Shown here in pieces: positions 16,715 through 26,936 of a stretch of DNA of 64,000 nt (its first letter is position 1; each line of letters begins with the position of its first letter). Position numbers and translations under genes: made by a program. The notes under the pieces were generated by a model, which was not told the DNA's origin, did not search any database, and worked only from the letters and a program-made list of their open reading frames with translations. The stretch is from a virus (Duplodnaviria > Caudoviricetes): positions 1,452 through 65,451 of IMG/VR virus record IMGVR_UViG_3300027759_000085. One strand, written 5' to 3'.

Positions 16715-18704
16715 GTTAATAGAGGGTGCGTTAGAGAAATTTGAAAGACGAAAGATCTGTGGAGAGATAACTGTTGACCTTCCTCAGCCTCCACCATTTA
16801 GGACTATTGATAATTACGAAAAGAAAAAGAAGGACCAGAAATTTAACTACCTTAATATTCCAGATGATATAGATGACCTAATAGATACATTAGGAGATGA
16901 CTTTATTGAACGTGAGTACAATAGGATAAGACACGGTTATTGGTTTTTTAACTACGGTAATCTTGAATACATAACTGGATATCACTACGCATTCCTTAAC
17001 TATATGTACATAGATGGTGAAAAGCCATTGTTTACAGATGCACAAAGAGACTTCTTCTATGCCTGGGATGCTGCAGAGAAAGACCCTACTTGTTATGGAC
17101 TTTGCTTAACTACTCCCAGACGATGGGGTAAGGGTGAAGTATCTATTATTATTGCTTACCTAAGAACTATATTAAATCCATTCTCTCACTGTGGTATACA
17201 GTCAAAGACAGCAGATGATGCTAAGGGTCTGTATTCCAAGCTTGTACAAAGATGGCAACGTATGCCTCAGTACCTTAAACCTATTGATGAGGGTGAATCT
17301 AACCCAAAGAGTGCTCTACGTTTCTTTGAGCCAAGCATAAGAAGCACTAAGATCCAAAGAAAAGAATACAAGAAAGCATTAAACTCCTGGATAGACTTTG
17401 CTGCTACAGTAAAGACTGCATATGATGGTCAGAAGTTAAAGACTTATATATATGATGAGATTGCAAAAGCTGAAGGTATTGACGTAAAGGAGTGTTGGGA
17501 TATTGTTAAGTTCTGTTTAGTTAACGGATCTACTATTATAGGCAAAGCTCTTTTAACTACAACCGTAGAAGATGGTGACTCATTCGAGTCTTCAATTAAA
17601 TACAAAGAAATCTGGGAGCAATCAAATCCTAACTCCAAGCTTGAAAGTGGTAAGACACAGTCTGGGCTATGGAGGTATTTTAATCCTGCGTTTATGGGTT
17701 ACTATGGGTGTGATGATGTTACTGGTGTTTCATTCATTGATGACTACGGATACTCAAGGCAAGAGTTAGCAAAAGAATACATATTAAGACAAAGGATTGG
17801 TTTAGATGACAGGTCCTTAGCTTCAATGAAACGTAAACTACCTTTAACAGTAGAAGAAGCCTTTCAAACAGATGCTAGTCAATGTCACTTCAACGCTATT
17901 AACTTATCTGACCAGCTCACCTACTTAAGAGAGTATGCACCTAAGGGATTAGTAAACAGAGTTACATTCTACAGGAAGACAGATAACACTGTTACTTGGA
18001 GACCAGACCCTAGGGGTAAGTTCCAGATGTGTTGGGATTTCAAAGACCAAGCTCAATCAAATAAAAATACGTTTGAACATGGATTAAGAAAGCCTAATAA
18101 TACGGAGTCATTCGCTATTGGAGTCGATCCATTTGCCTCTACTATTATTACTGGGGACCAAGGCTCAAATGGAGTAGCTTACGTATATAGAAAGGATGAC
18201 ATAAACGATCCAGAAGATAGTGGACTTGTTGTGTGTAGGTATGCAGATAGACCGCCACTTAAGTCTATATTTCACGATCAGATTATTATGATGTGTGAAT
18301 ACTATGGATGTAAAGCTAATTACGAAAGTGATGTAGAGGATTACTATGAATACTTCATTAATAAAGGATATAAGAACTATGTCATGTGGAGACCTAAGTC
18401 TACCATAGATCCCAATAGAAAAAATAAAAAGGTAAAGTACGGTACACCATCTAAGGATCCATTTGCCTTACAGAAACATTTTGACACTGTTTTTAATTAC
18501 GTTGAGCTAAGGTGCGATAAAATATATTTCGAGGAATTAATACTTGACCTTGTAGCATATAAACACGTTAAAAGAACAAAGTTTGATGATACTGTAGCAT
18601 TTGGTATGAGTCTTCTTGCAGGAACAGAAAATGTTAAGGCACAAAAGGATGATGCTCCATTAGTGTTCATGAAATATGCTCAGCCAATTAAGCTTAACTA
18701 CTAA
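16692..18704 (+). CDS. terL: terminase large subunit
   Basis: Walker A PRRWGKG, Walker B YIYDE, nuclease GVDP and DDTV. Confidence 0.9.
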   Translation: MSTRIDHKLIEGALEKFERRKICGEITVDLPQPPPFRTIDNYEKKKKDQKFNYLNIPDDIDDLIDTLGDDFIEREYNRIRHGYWFFNYGNLEYITGYHYAFLNYMYIDGEKPLFTDAQRDFFYAWDAAEKDPTCYGLCLTTPRRWGKGEVSIIIAYLRTILNPFSHCGIQSKTADDAKGLYSKLVQRWQRMPQYLKPIDEGESNPKSALRFFEPSIRSTKIQRKEYKKALNSWIDFAATVKTAYDGQKLKTYIYDEIAKAEGIDVKECWDIVKFCLVNGSTIIGKALLTTTVEDGDSFESSIKYKEIWEQSNPNSKLESGKTQSGLWRYFNPAFMGYYGCDDVTGVSFIDDYGYSRQELAKEYILRQRIGLDDRSLASMKRKLPLTVEEAFQTDASQCHFNAINLSDQLTYLREYAPKGLVNRVTFYRKTDNTVTWRPDPRGKFQMCWDFKDQAQSNKNTFEHGLRKPNNTESFAIGVDPFASTIITGDQGSNGVAYVYRKDDINDPEDSGLVVCRYADRPPLKSIFHDQIIMMCEYYGCKANYESDVEDYYEYFINKGYKNYVMWRPKSTIDPNRKNKKVKYGTPSKDPFALQKHFDTVFNYVELRCDKIYFEELILDLVAYKHVKRTKFDDTVAFGMSLLAGTENVKAQKDDAPLVFMKYAQPIKLNY

Positions 18705-18725
18705 AAAACAATACTTTAAATTAAT

Positions 18726-18733
18726 TAACTTTG
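18726..18733 (+). promoter_or_regulatory. late promoter -7 box
   Basis: TAAT-TAACTTTG-TAA before portal. Confidence 0.6.
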
Positions 18734-18756
18734 TAACTGAATTTACATTAACATAA

Positions 18757-21210
18757 ATGTCGCAATCAACATTATACGGATTTCCATCCCCATTACTTCC
18801 CGATCAAACAAAGAATAGTCCAGAGTATGGATTAAAACTTATGAAAAGTGCATATGGGCAATGGATTAATGGATATGGTGGTTTTAGCCAAAAGCAAAGA
18901 CAAACCAGATTTGATTACAATAAAGCTTATGCTCAGGGTATGCAGCCAATGCAGGAGTTCCTTGACTATTTAGATATTAATGGTCAACAGCCATATTCTA
19001 ATATAGACTTTACTCCACTACCTATAGCTATACCTTTATTACAAAGAATCAAAGACAGGTTCAATCAAAGAATTGAAAAGATAAGATGTAACTCTATTGA
19101 CCCAGTTAGTATATCTAAAAAGAATAAAGAAAAAATGGATGCTAAGTTCCGTATGGAATTTAAAGATCAAATTGCTCAGATAGAACAACAGTCAGGAGTT
19201 CAGTTAGAGGATCCAGATGCTTTTACTCCAGAGGATACTGAAGAGTTAGATGTTCACTTTGGCTTTACGTATAAACAACGTGAAGAGGTGATGATGGAGC
19301 AGGGTATTGATCTTGTTTTATATGATAACCAATGGACTGAAACTAAGAACTCTATTCTTGATGATTTATTGATTTATGGTTTTGCTGGAACAAGAACAGA
19401 CATAGATAACAATGGCCGTATTAAGGTCCGTAAAATAAATCCATATAACCTGATTGTTTCTTATAGTGAAAGAAGCGATATGAATGACCTTGAATGGGTA
19501 GGTGAAGTTTTCTATATGTCAATCACTGACGTTAGACAGCAGTATCCAGGAAAGATTAGTGAAGAGGAACTGTTTAACCTATCAAAGAGTATGGTAGGTA
19601 AGTTTAATAATCCTGCATCATTTACATTCACGTGGAACTACCAGTATGCAAATGCTATAGCAAGACCATACGATGCATTTAAAGTACCTGTTCTTCAGTT
19701 GTCATTAAAAACACTTTATAACATTACTTACGAAAAGAATGAAGATAGGTTTGGTAAAACTATATTAGATAAAACAACTAAGTTTAAAGATGGTAAGGAA
19801 TACGTTAAATCTAAGCCATTCTATGTAGAATACGAGGGTGCATGGATCTGTGATACAAACTACCTGCTTCATTGGGGTATAGCCAATAACATGGCCAAGC
19901 CAAATGATAACTTACAGGAATGTATTCTTCCGTACACTATCTATATGTACAACAATAATAGGATGACTAATAAGCCAGTCATTGAAACTATTATTCCTTC
20001 TATTAAACAAATGCAGTTAGCTCACCTACAGATTCAAAAGATTGTTTCTCAGGCAGCTCCAGATGGTTATACTGTAGATATTGCAGGTATGGCTGATGTA
20101 GATTTAGGTAATGGTAAGGGTGCATTACAACCAATGGAGTTAATTCGTATCTATAAACAAACGGGTGTTATATTCTATAAGGGCCAAGTTGATGATACAG
20201 AAGGTAATTCAAGACCTCCTATTACTCCATTAAATGTTCCATTCACAGCTAAACTAGAATCATTTATTAACCTATACAATTTTGAACTAAACAAGTTAGA
20301 AAGAATGCTAGGATCTAATTCGTTAGACCAAGGTATTATATCTAATCAAGCTGTAGGTAAAGGAGTACTAGATTCTGCTAGACAGATTGGTGAGAACTCT
20401 ATTAACTATGTATACAACTCATATCTAAATATATTAGAAAGAACTGCAAAGCTAACTCAAATGAGATTGTGGGATATCCTAGTATTTGGTAAAAAAGGAT
20501 ATGAAGGATATAAGTATGCATTGGGTAGCGATAGAGTAGACTACATCAAACTAGAAGCAGATAGTGAATTTGAAAAGACAAACTTTGATGTTAAGATAGA
20601 AGCAACTATTGATGATAATGCAAAGCAAATGTTAGAAAATAATATTCAGCAAGCATTGGCTCAACAAAGTATCGAACTAGAGGATGCTATACAAATAAGA
20701 CTATTAGATAATCCAAAGGCGGCTAATTACTATTTAGTTTCGGCTCAAAAGAAGAGACGTAAACAAAAAATGGATGATGCCAGGTCAAACAGTGAGATGC
20801 AAATGCAACAAGCCGTACAGGCAGCTCAAGCTAAATCACAAGGAGAACTTCAACTAGAACAAGCTAAGGCTCAGTTTAAGCTTCAACAATACGAAGAAGA
20901 GTTAGAAAATGATAAAGAGAGAGAGACACTTAAATACTTTAATATTCTTAGAGTTAAAACGCTTGAAAAACTATTGGAGCAAGGCACGAGTATTGATGAA
21001 ATGCCTTCGTTTATATTTGATGGTATTGACGCTGTTGTTAAAACTCAGAAACAGATTATACTGGAAGAACTGCAAGATCAAGCAGAGCAACAACAAGCTA
21101 AAGAACAACAGATAGCTGCTCAACAGGAACAACAAATGCAACAGGAAGAGCAAGGTGTTCCTATGGAAGAAGAAGAAATTCCAGAAGAGGCACAGCAACC
21201 AATGATGTAA
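18757..21210 (+). CDS. portal protein (crAss-like)
   Basis: 817 aa after TerL; QTG motif; Q-rich helical barrel tail. Confidence 0.85.
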   Translation: MSQSTLYGFPSPLLPDQTKNSPEYGLKLMKSAYGQWINGYGGFSQKQRQTRFDYNKAYAQGMQPMQEFLDYLDINGQQPYSNIDFTPLPIAIPLLQRIKDRFNQRIEKIRCNSIDPVSISKKNKEKMDAKFRMEFKDQIAQIEQQSGVQLEDPDAFTPEDTEELDVHFGFTYKQREEVMMEQGIDLVLYDNQWTETKNSILDDLLIYGFAGTRTDIDNNGRIKVRKINPYNLIVSYSERSDMNDLEWVGEVFYMSITDVRQQYPGKISEEELFNLSKSMVGKFNNPASFTFTWNYQYANAIARPYDAFKVPVLQLSLKTLYNITYEKNEDRFGKTILDKTTKFKDGKEYVKSKPFYVEYEGAWICDTNYLLHWGIANNMAKPNDNLQECILPYTIYMYNNNRMTNKPVIETIIPSIKQMQLAHLQIQKIVSQAAPDGYTVDIAGMADVDLGNGKGALQPMELIRIYKQTGVIFYKGQVDDTEGNSRPPITPLNVPFTAKLESFINLYNFELNKLERMLGSNSLDQGIISNQAVGKGVLDSARQIGENSINYVYNSYLNILERTAKLTQMRLWDILVFGKKGYEGYKYALGSDRVDYIKLEADSEFEKTNFDVKIEATIDDNAKQMLENNIQQALAQQSIELEDAIQIRLLDNPKAANYYLVSAQKKRRKQKMDDARSNSEMQMQQAVQAAQAKSQGELQLEQAKAQFKLQQYEEELENDKERETLKYFNILRVKTLEKLLEQGTSIDEMPSFIFDGIDAVVKTQKQIILEELQDQAEQQQAKEQQIAAQQEQQMQQEEQGVPMEEEEIPEEAQQPMM

Positions 21211-21230
21211 AAACTAATTATAATTATAGT

Positions 21231-21238
21231 TAATTTTG
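21231..21238 (+). promoter_or_regulatory. late promoter -7 box
   Basis: TAGT-TAATTTTG-TAA. Confidence 0.6.
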
Positions 21239-21286
21239 TAAATAAGGAATAAACACACACACAAAGAATAAAAGGAAGAATATTTT

Positions 21287-22363
21287 ATGGAAGAAAATGT
21301 AAACAGGGCCACATCTTGGGAGGATGTCCTGAACAATAACTTTAATGCTTCAGCTCCAGTAGAGGAGATTGTAGAGAATGTTGAAGTTAATGAAGAACAA
21401 GTAGCAGTCGATGCTGCAGGAGAAGTGGTTAACGAGGAAGTAATAACTCCTACACAACCAACTGTAGTTGCTCAAGAAGTAAGTCAGGTATCTGATCTAG
21501 ATCCAAACAAGCAAGCTCTAATAGATGCTATACTTGATGGTAAGGAAGATTTAGTTTACGACTACTTTAGACAAAAGAATACAGACTATAATCAGTTTAG
21601 TGATATTGATGTCATTAAGACTAAGATAGCAAATGAAAATCCTGCATGGGATGCTGATGATATTGAACTAGAGATTGAATCAAAATATGGCTCATCTCTT
21701 CTTAGTGAAAAGATAGATATCAGTGAAATAGACAAAGACATTTATCCAGATGAGTATAAAGATGCTCTTAAGATAAATAAAGAAATTGATAAAGCAGAAA
21801 AGCTTTTAAAGAGAGATGCAAAGGAAACAAGAGTTATCCTGGAAGATCTAAAAAATAACATTTCCCTACCAGTTTCCGAAAGGAGATTAGTAGAAAAAGA
21901 TACAGTAAGTACAGAGAACGTAGAAGCCTCTGCAGAATATACCCAGGAAGAATTAAAACAAATTCAGGCTGATTGGATTTCTGCAGTAGAAAAAGGTGTA
22001 CCAGAAGTGAGTGAGTTTAAGTTTAAATTAGGAGACGAGGATGTATCCTATAAGATAACTGAAGATGAACAAAAACAACTTGTAGACAAGATGAAAGGTT
22101 TTAACGCAGAAAGTTATTTACTGGAACGTGGATGGCTAAACCAAGATGGTTCTCCTAACATAAAGAAGATTACCGAGGATGTGTATATTCTTGAAAATAA
22201 CGAGAAGATTTTTAGGTCAGGTTGGACACAAGCAAAAGAGAAGGCAAAGATGGATATCATTAGTAAAGATATTAAGAATATTAATCTAAACCAATCTACT
22301 AACACTGTTGATGCTCAAGGCTCAAATCAATATAGCTTTGGAGATTACGTGCTAGGACTATAA
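21287..22363 (+). CDS. putative scaffolding protein
   Basis: Highly acidic helical protein between portal and capsid. Confidence 0.65.
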   Translation: MEENVNRATSWEDVLNNNFNASAPVEEIVENVEVNEEQVAVDAAGEVVNEEVITPTQPTVVAQEVSQVSDLDPNKQALIDAILDGKEDLVYDYFRQKNTDYNQFSDIDVIKTKIANENPAWDADDIELEIESKYGSSLLSEKIDISEIDKDIYPDEYKDALKINKEIDKAEKLLKRDAKETRVILEDLKNNISLPVSERRLVEKDTVSTENVEASAEYTQEELKQIQADWISAVEKGVPEVSEFKFKLGDEDVSYKITEDEQKQLVDKMKGFNAESYLLERGWLNQDGSPNIKKITEDVYILENNEKIFRSGWTQAKEKAKMDIISKDIKNINLNQSTNTVDAQGSNQYSFGDYVLGL

Positions 22364-22400
22364 AAATTTTACACACATTTAAAAACAAAACAAAAAGACT

Positions 22401-23747
22401 ATGTCAACTATACCTAGTGCTTATAGCACCGCATCCGCAACCAGAGCAGGAACCCTGATCTCTGAGTTGAACATCGTTGTACCACGTGCATATCGTGAGT
22501 TCATCGATAAATTCCAGTTTGTTCCTTACGTAATGTTGAACGAACTTGCTGGTAACACATTAGCTTCTGATAACAAGTTATTCTATCACTACGAATCAAA
22601 AGGTCGTCAAATGTCATTTGTACGTGCTTCTGCTACCGTTTCAGGTGCTGCAGGTGCTTCAATTACATTCACTATCGATTCTGCTGATTACTTTGCATCT
22701 GGTACTAAGTCTCTTCCAGAAGTTGGATTGATTCTTTACAATGCACGTACAGGAGTTGAAAACCGTGTTACAGCTGTTAACAAAACTACTCCATCTGCTC
22801 ACACAGTTACTATTGCTCCAGTTATTGCTACTGAAAATGCAAGTGTTGTTGCTGGTGACGAACTTCAAGGTCGTGGTTACAAGTATGTAGGTGAAGCATC
22901 TGACTACACTACTACTACTATCCAGGGTATTGATAAGTACACTAACTACGTAACTCAAATTCGTATCGACTCTAAATTCACAGATTTGAACTTAGCAGAA
23001 GCGATTGACTTTGAATACGATGGTCAGCGTTACTACAAATACAAGCAATTGGCTGATGACAACAAGAAATTCTTGTTACAGCGTGAGTTAATGCTTATGG
23101 ACTCTAACTTGACTGACAACTTAGGATACAATGAAACTGGTTCTGCAGGTGTTATCCAGCAAACTCAAGCTAATGGCTTGAACATTGGATACTCTACTTT
23201 CAGTGCTCAGAATACATTTGCTTCTATTGAGCGTCAATTAGACTCTCAAGGTGCTCCACAAGAATACGATTGGTTGTGTGATGTTAAGCAACACATTGCT
23301 ATTCAGAATTCTTTGGGTGCTGATTTCAATAACGGTGCTATTCTTTACAATCAAGGCAATGAGTCTGGATTGAATGGAAACTTAGATTTAGCTTTCGGGT
23401 TTAAGTCTTTTGCTCCTTACCAACGTAAGTTCAACTTCACTCGTTACTTACCATTCTCTGAGCAAGCGTTCTACGGATCATCCGCAAATGGAACCACTCG
23501 TGAGAACTTCGGATTGTTGATTCCAAAAGGATCTTCTTCTGATGCAGTAACTCGTAATGTTGTACCTCGTTTCAATGTTCGTTTCCAGGATATCCTTGGT
23601 AACGGTCAAAAAGTTCAAATTGCTGAGACTGGTGGTCTAGCTAAAGTTCCAACCTCTGCCAAAATGGAATTGGTTGTTTCTCAAGTAGCTTACTATGGTG
23701 TTCAAGTAATGGGTGCTAATCAATATGCTATTGTAAAAGGTAGCTAA
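22401..23747 (+). CDS. major capsid protein
   Basis: 448 aa, position, strongly biased codons, followed by a strong terminator. Confidence 0.85.
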   Translation: MSTIPSAYSTASATRAGTLISELNIVVPRAYREFIDKFQFVPYVMLNELAGNTLASDNKLFYHYESKGRQMSFVRASATVSGAAGASITFTIDSADYFASGTKSLPEVGLILYNARTGVENRVTAVNKTTPSAHTVTIAPVIATENASVVAGDELQGRGYKYVGEASDYTTTTIQGIDKYTNYVTQIRIDSKFTDLNLAEAIDFEYDGQRYYKYKQLADDNKKFLLQRELMLMDSNLTDNLGYNETGSAGVIQQTQANGLNIGYSTFSAQNTFASIERQLDSQGAPQEYDWLCDVKQHIAIQNSLGADFNNGAILYNQGNESGLNGNLDLAFGFKSFAPYQRKFNFTRYLPFSEQAFYGSSANGTTRENFGLLIPKGSSSDAVTRNVVPRFNVRFQDILGNGQKVQIAETGGLAKVPTSAKMELVVSQVAYYGVQVMGANQYAIVKGS

Positions 23748-23753
23748 TAATAT

Positions 23754-23780
23754 AAGGGGAGGGTTCGCTCTCCCCTTTAT
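23754..23780 (+). terminator. intrinsic terminator
   Basis: AAGGGGAGGG-TTCG-CTCTCCCCTTT. Confidence 0.8.
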
Positions 23781-23843
23781 TTGTTAAATCTAGGAAGAAG
23801 AAGAAAACAAAAAATAATACAAACATACACACATAAAAAGAAA

Positions 23844-24722
23844 ATGGAAGAACAATTAGTAATTAAAAAAAGGGGAAATCCAAACTTTGGTAAAAAAGAA
23901 GAATTATCACAAGACTTTTTGGATTTAGATAAAACATATCATTTCGTGTTAACTAAAACATGGGAAGGATATAAGCCAAGAGATAAAGAGGGTGGTCATA
24001 TTAGTTCAAACCCATATCCTCCAATTTTCTCTTTGCCAAATGAAGGTATCACAATTGATGATGCAACAGGTAAGAATAGACGCTGGAGATGCCTAAGAGG
24101 TATTGATACTATCTGGGTTGATGAGCAAGAGGGTGTAGAGCCACAAAGTTTTGAAGACTATGAAGATATTATCTTCTCTACTGGTCATTTAACTGTTAAG
24201 GGTTATGAGAGAAATAAGCTTGCTGCTTTATTAGCTCACGATACTTATGAAGGTAAAAAATATAGAAAGGCAAATATAAAGCCTGAGTATAGATTAATTG
24301 ATAGAGACGCAGATACTAAACGTGCTCTTGATTCATTAGATGTAGAATACGAAGCTCTTAAGTTAGCTAAGGAATGTTCTGATGATGAGATGCTACCGTT
24401 TGCATATGTACTAGGTATTAATCTAAGTCAAACATCTAATAGTATTCGTAAGGATTTTATTATGAGAGCTAAGAGTAACCCAGCTTACTTTATTAAGCAC
24501 TTTGTAGATCCTAAAAACAATATTGTATTCAAGGTTAAAGAAGCCTTGGAGGATGATATTATAAGTTCATCAGTACTAGAAAATAAACTAGTATGGGCTG
24601 AAAGTAGAAAGTTTATCACAGATGTTCCTAAAGGTTCTGACGTTCCTCAATTGGTAGCCAAACTTGTTCTTCAAGGAGACAAGGATGTTGTAGCTGCTTA
24701 TGAGCAACTGAAGAAGATGTAA
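23844..24722 (+). CDS. conserved structural or cargo protein downstream of MCP
   Basis: Start at MEEQL; syntenic with the crAss-like gene following the capsid. Confidence 0.7.
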   Translation: MEEQLVIKKRGNPNFGKKEELSQDFLDLDKTYHFVLTKTWEGYKPRDKEGGHISSNPYPPIFSLPNEGITIDDATGKNRRWRCLRGIDTIWVDEQEGVEPQSFEDYEDIIFSTGHLTVKGYERNKLAALLAHDTYEGKKYRKANIKPEYRLIDRDADTKRALDSLDVEYEALKLAKECSDDEMLPFAYVLGINLSQTSNSIRKDFIMRAKSNPAYFIKHFVDPKNNIVFKVKEALEDDIISSSVLENKLVWAESRKFITDVPKGSDVPQLVAKLVLQGDKDVVAAYEQLKKM

Positions 24723-24754
24723 GAACTTCCCTGATTCCTTTCTTTTGTGTAGTT

Positions 24755-24790
24755 AGCTCCCATCCTTAATTGGTTGGGGGCTTTCTTGTT
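24755..24790 (+). terminator. terminator hairpin preceded by a pyrimidine-rich tract
   Basis: AGCTCCCATCC-TTAATT-GGTTGGGGGCT-TTCTT. Confidence 0.65.
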
Positions 24791-24835
24791 AGAGCTTAAA
24801 AAACGCTTTTAAATATTGATTATCTTTGTATCATC

Positions 24836-25516
24836 ATGACTATAGACGAAGTACATACATTCATTGATTTCATAGCAAAGAAGAGTAATGCAGGTGGTTA
24901 TATAACTCCAGCAGAACAAGATTTGTTATTAAATAGGGCTCAAATCCAATACTTTAATAAGTTATACGGTAATCAAAATGATTATAGATATGACAGACCA
25001 GTACCTAAAATATCGTATGCTATAACAGAAAAAATAAGCAATAGTTTGTCACCATTTTTATCGGATCCTACAGCACTTGTTATTGATGGTAATGGGCTTG
25101 TTAATACCCCTGGTGATTTATTTCAAACGGTATCTATCACGCACACAGTTTCTGGTCTTGACTATGAAATAACAAGAGTAGAACAAGACAGGGTATCAAA
25201 CAATCTAACTTCTTCAATAGAAGCCCCAGATGCTAAGTACCCAATATACACACAGTTAAGAACTAAGCTACAGTTTTATCCTAAGAATTTAGCTACGGCA
25301 ACTATTATATATCTTAAAGAACCAACCGATATGGTATGGGGATATACTACTGTTAATGGAAGACCAGTGTATGATTCTGGGACTAGTGTTCAGCCATTAT
25401 GGAAAGATATGGACATGAATGAAATTATTTATTTAGCACTAAGTTATATCGGTGTAAACTTGAAGGACCCAGAAGTTTCTCAGTTTGCTAATGTTAAAAC
25501 TCAAACGGGATTATAA
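24836..25516 (+). CDS. tail ring/adaptor protein
   Basis: EQDLLLNRAQ and YLKEP motifs; synteny; TATCTTTG promoter at 24821. Confidence 0.7.
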   Translation: MTIDEVHTFIDFIAKKSNAGGYITPAEQDLLLNRAQIQYFNKLYGNQNDYRYDRPVPKISYAITEKISNSLSPFLSDPTALVIDGNGLVNTPGDLFQTVSITHTVSGLDYEITRVEQDRVSNNLTSSIEAPDAKYPIYTQLRTKLQFYPKNLATATIIYLKEPTDMVWGYTTVNGRPVYDSGTSVQPLWKDMDMNEIIYLALSYIGVNLKDPEVSQFANVKTQTGL

Positions 25517-25518
25517 AA

Positions 25519-26163
25519 ATGGCAGTTACAACTTACGGATATCTTGCTGAACAAATACTTTCAACCTATTACAAGGGTGTAAGAAGTGATGATAGTTCTT
25601 ATTCATTAAAATACATTGCATCCATGTTGGCACAGGAAGTTGCTTTCATGGCCAGAAAGAATGCATTTGAGAATGGGAACAATGGTGACATTACTTATAT
25701 CAATGATACATTCATTAGTACGTTTAAGAGCTTGGCTGTGGCTACAGATAATATTAGTTTGGAAAAGTACATCGTGCTACCATCTATGCCAACAGCTTTA
25801 CCTAATAACCAAGAGATTGTATCGGTATCATTAAATAGGAAAACAAATAAAACATTTATCCCAATGAAGAACAAGGATAGATTTGCTCAGGCATTTCTTC
25901 CATCTATAAGAGGAGTTGTTTTTTATTACATAGAAGATGGTAAATTATATTTTGATAATCCAGAAAACTTTATATTCACTTCAATTACATTAAAGATGGC
26001 AGGTGCTCTACCAAGTGGTGATATATTGGATGCTCAACTTAATATACCTAAAAACTATGAGACCGAGATTATAGATAAGGTATTAAATAGATTACTTTCT
26101 GTTAACAGATTAGGAAGAGATTTGACTAATGATGGTGACGATATAAATAATAACATTCAATAA
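25519..26163 (+). CDS. tail ring protein
   Basis: Synteny in crAss-like tail block. Confidence 0.6.
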   Translation: MAVTTYGYLAEQILSTYYKGVRSDDSSYSLKYIASMLAQEVAFMARKNAFENGNNGDITYINDTFISTFKSLAVATDNISLEKYIVLPSMPTALPNNQEIVSVSLNRKTNKTFIPMKNKDRFAQAFLPSIRGVVFYYIEDGKLYFDNPENFIFTSITLKMAGALPSGDILDAQLNIPKNYETEIIDKVLNRLLSVNRLGRDLTNDGDDINNNIQ

Positions 26164-26936
26164 TGAGTAGAATTGGACTTAAACAAATTATTGCTGAACT
26201 TATAGACAGCAAGGATTCTAGCTCACATGAGTTTAGAAGAATGTATAATATAGGTGTAAGAGGTGTTCGTGAATTTAACACTGACATTGTAGGAAACTTC
26301 TCTACTAAACTATTAGATGTTAATGCTAATAAAACAGCAGACCTTCCAGAAGATTATGTATCCTATTCTAAAATGGGAGTTATTAATGAAAAGGGAGAGA
26401 TTGTTACACTTAGATCTAATCCTCAATTAAGTAATTATAATATTGGACACTCACTTAACCCTGATAGATTCGAAGGAGTCCCAGGTATTGGAGCTGTATC
26501 ATATCCTGCTATACCATATAACTATCCATATATATACTATAACTTTTTTGTATCTAACCAGTCTTTCAATTTATTTGGTCTTGCTGGTGGTGGACAAGAT
26601 ATAGGTCAATACAAAGTAGATGAGGAGTGTGGAATAATTATCTTTGGTCCTTACTTTAAGTACGAAAAGATTTTACTTGAATATCTTGGTGATGGAATGG
26701 ATAGAGATTGTGATGACTATATGATAGACAGTCGTGCCGCTGAAGCTATGTTAGCTTACATCAGATGGAAGACAGCCCTTGATAACCCTAAGAAGTATGG
26801 ACAAGGGATTATGAGGGATTACAAGCAAGAATATAAGTCTGAGAGACTAAAGGCTAAGATGCGTATAAATAAAATTGTTGTGTCTGAATTTGAAGATATA
26901 CAAAGAATTACCAATAAATTAGCACCAAGATCATAA
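26163..26936 (+). CDS. tail tubular/ring protein
   Basis: LPEDYV, LEYLGDG and AYIRW motifs. Confidence 0.65.
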   Translation: MSRIGLKQIIAELIDSKDSSSHEFRRMYNIGVRGVREFNTDIVGNFSTKLLDVNANKTADLPEDYVSYSKMGVINEKGEIVTLRSNPQLSNYNIGHSLNPDRFEGVPGIGAVSYPAIPYNYPYIYYNFFVSNQSFNLFGLAGGGQDIGQYKVDEECGIIIFGPYFKYEKILLEYLGDGMDRDCDDYMIDSRAAEAMLAYIRWKTALDNPKKYGQGIMRDYKQEYKSERLKAKMRINKIVVSEFEDIQRITNKLAPRS

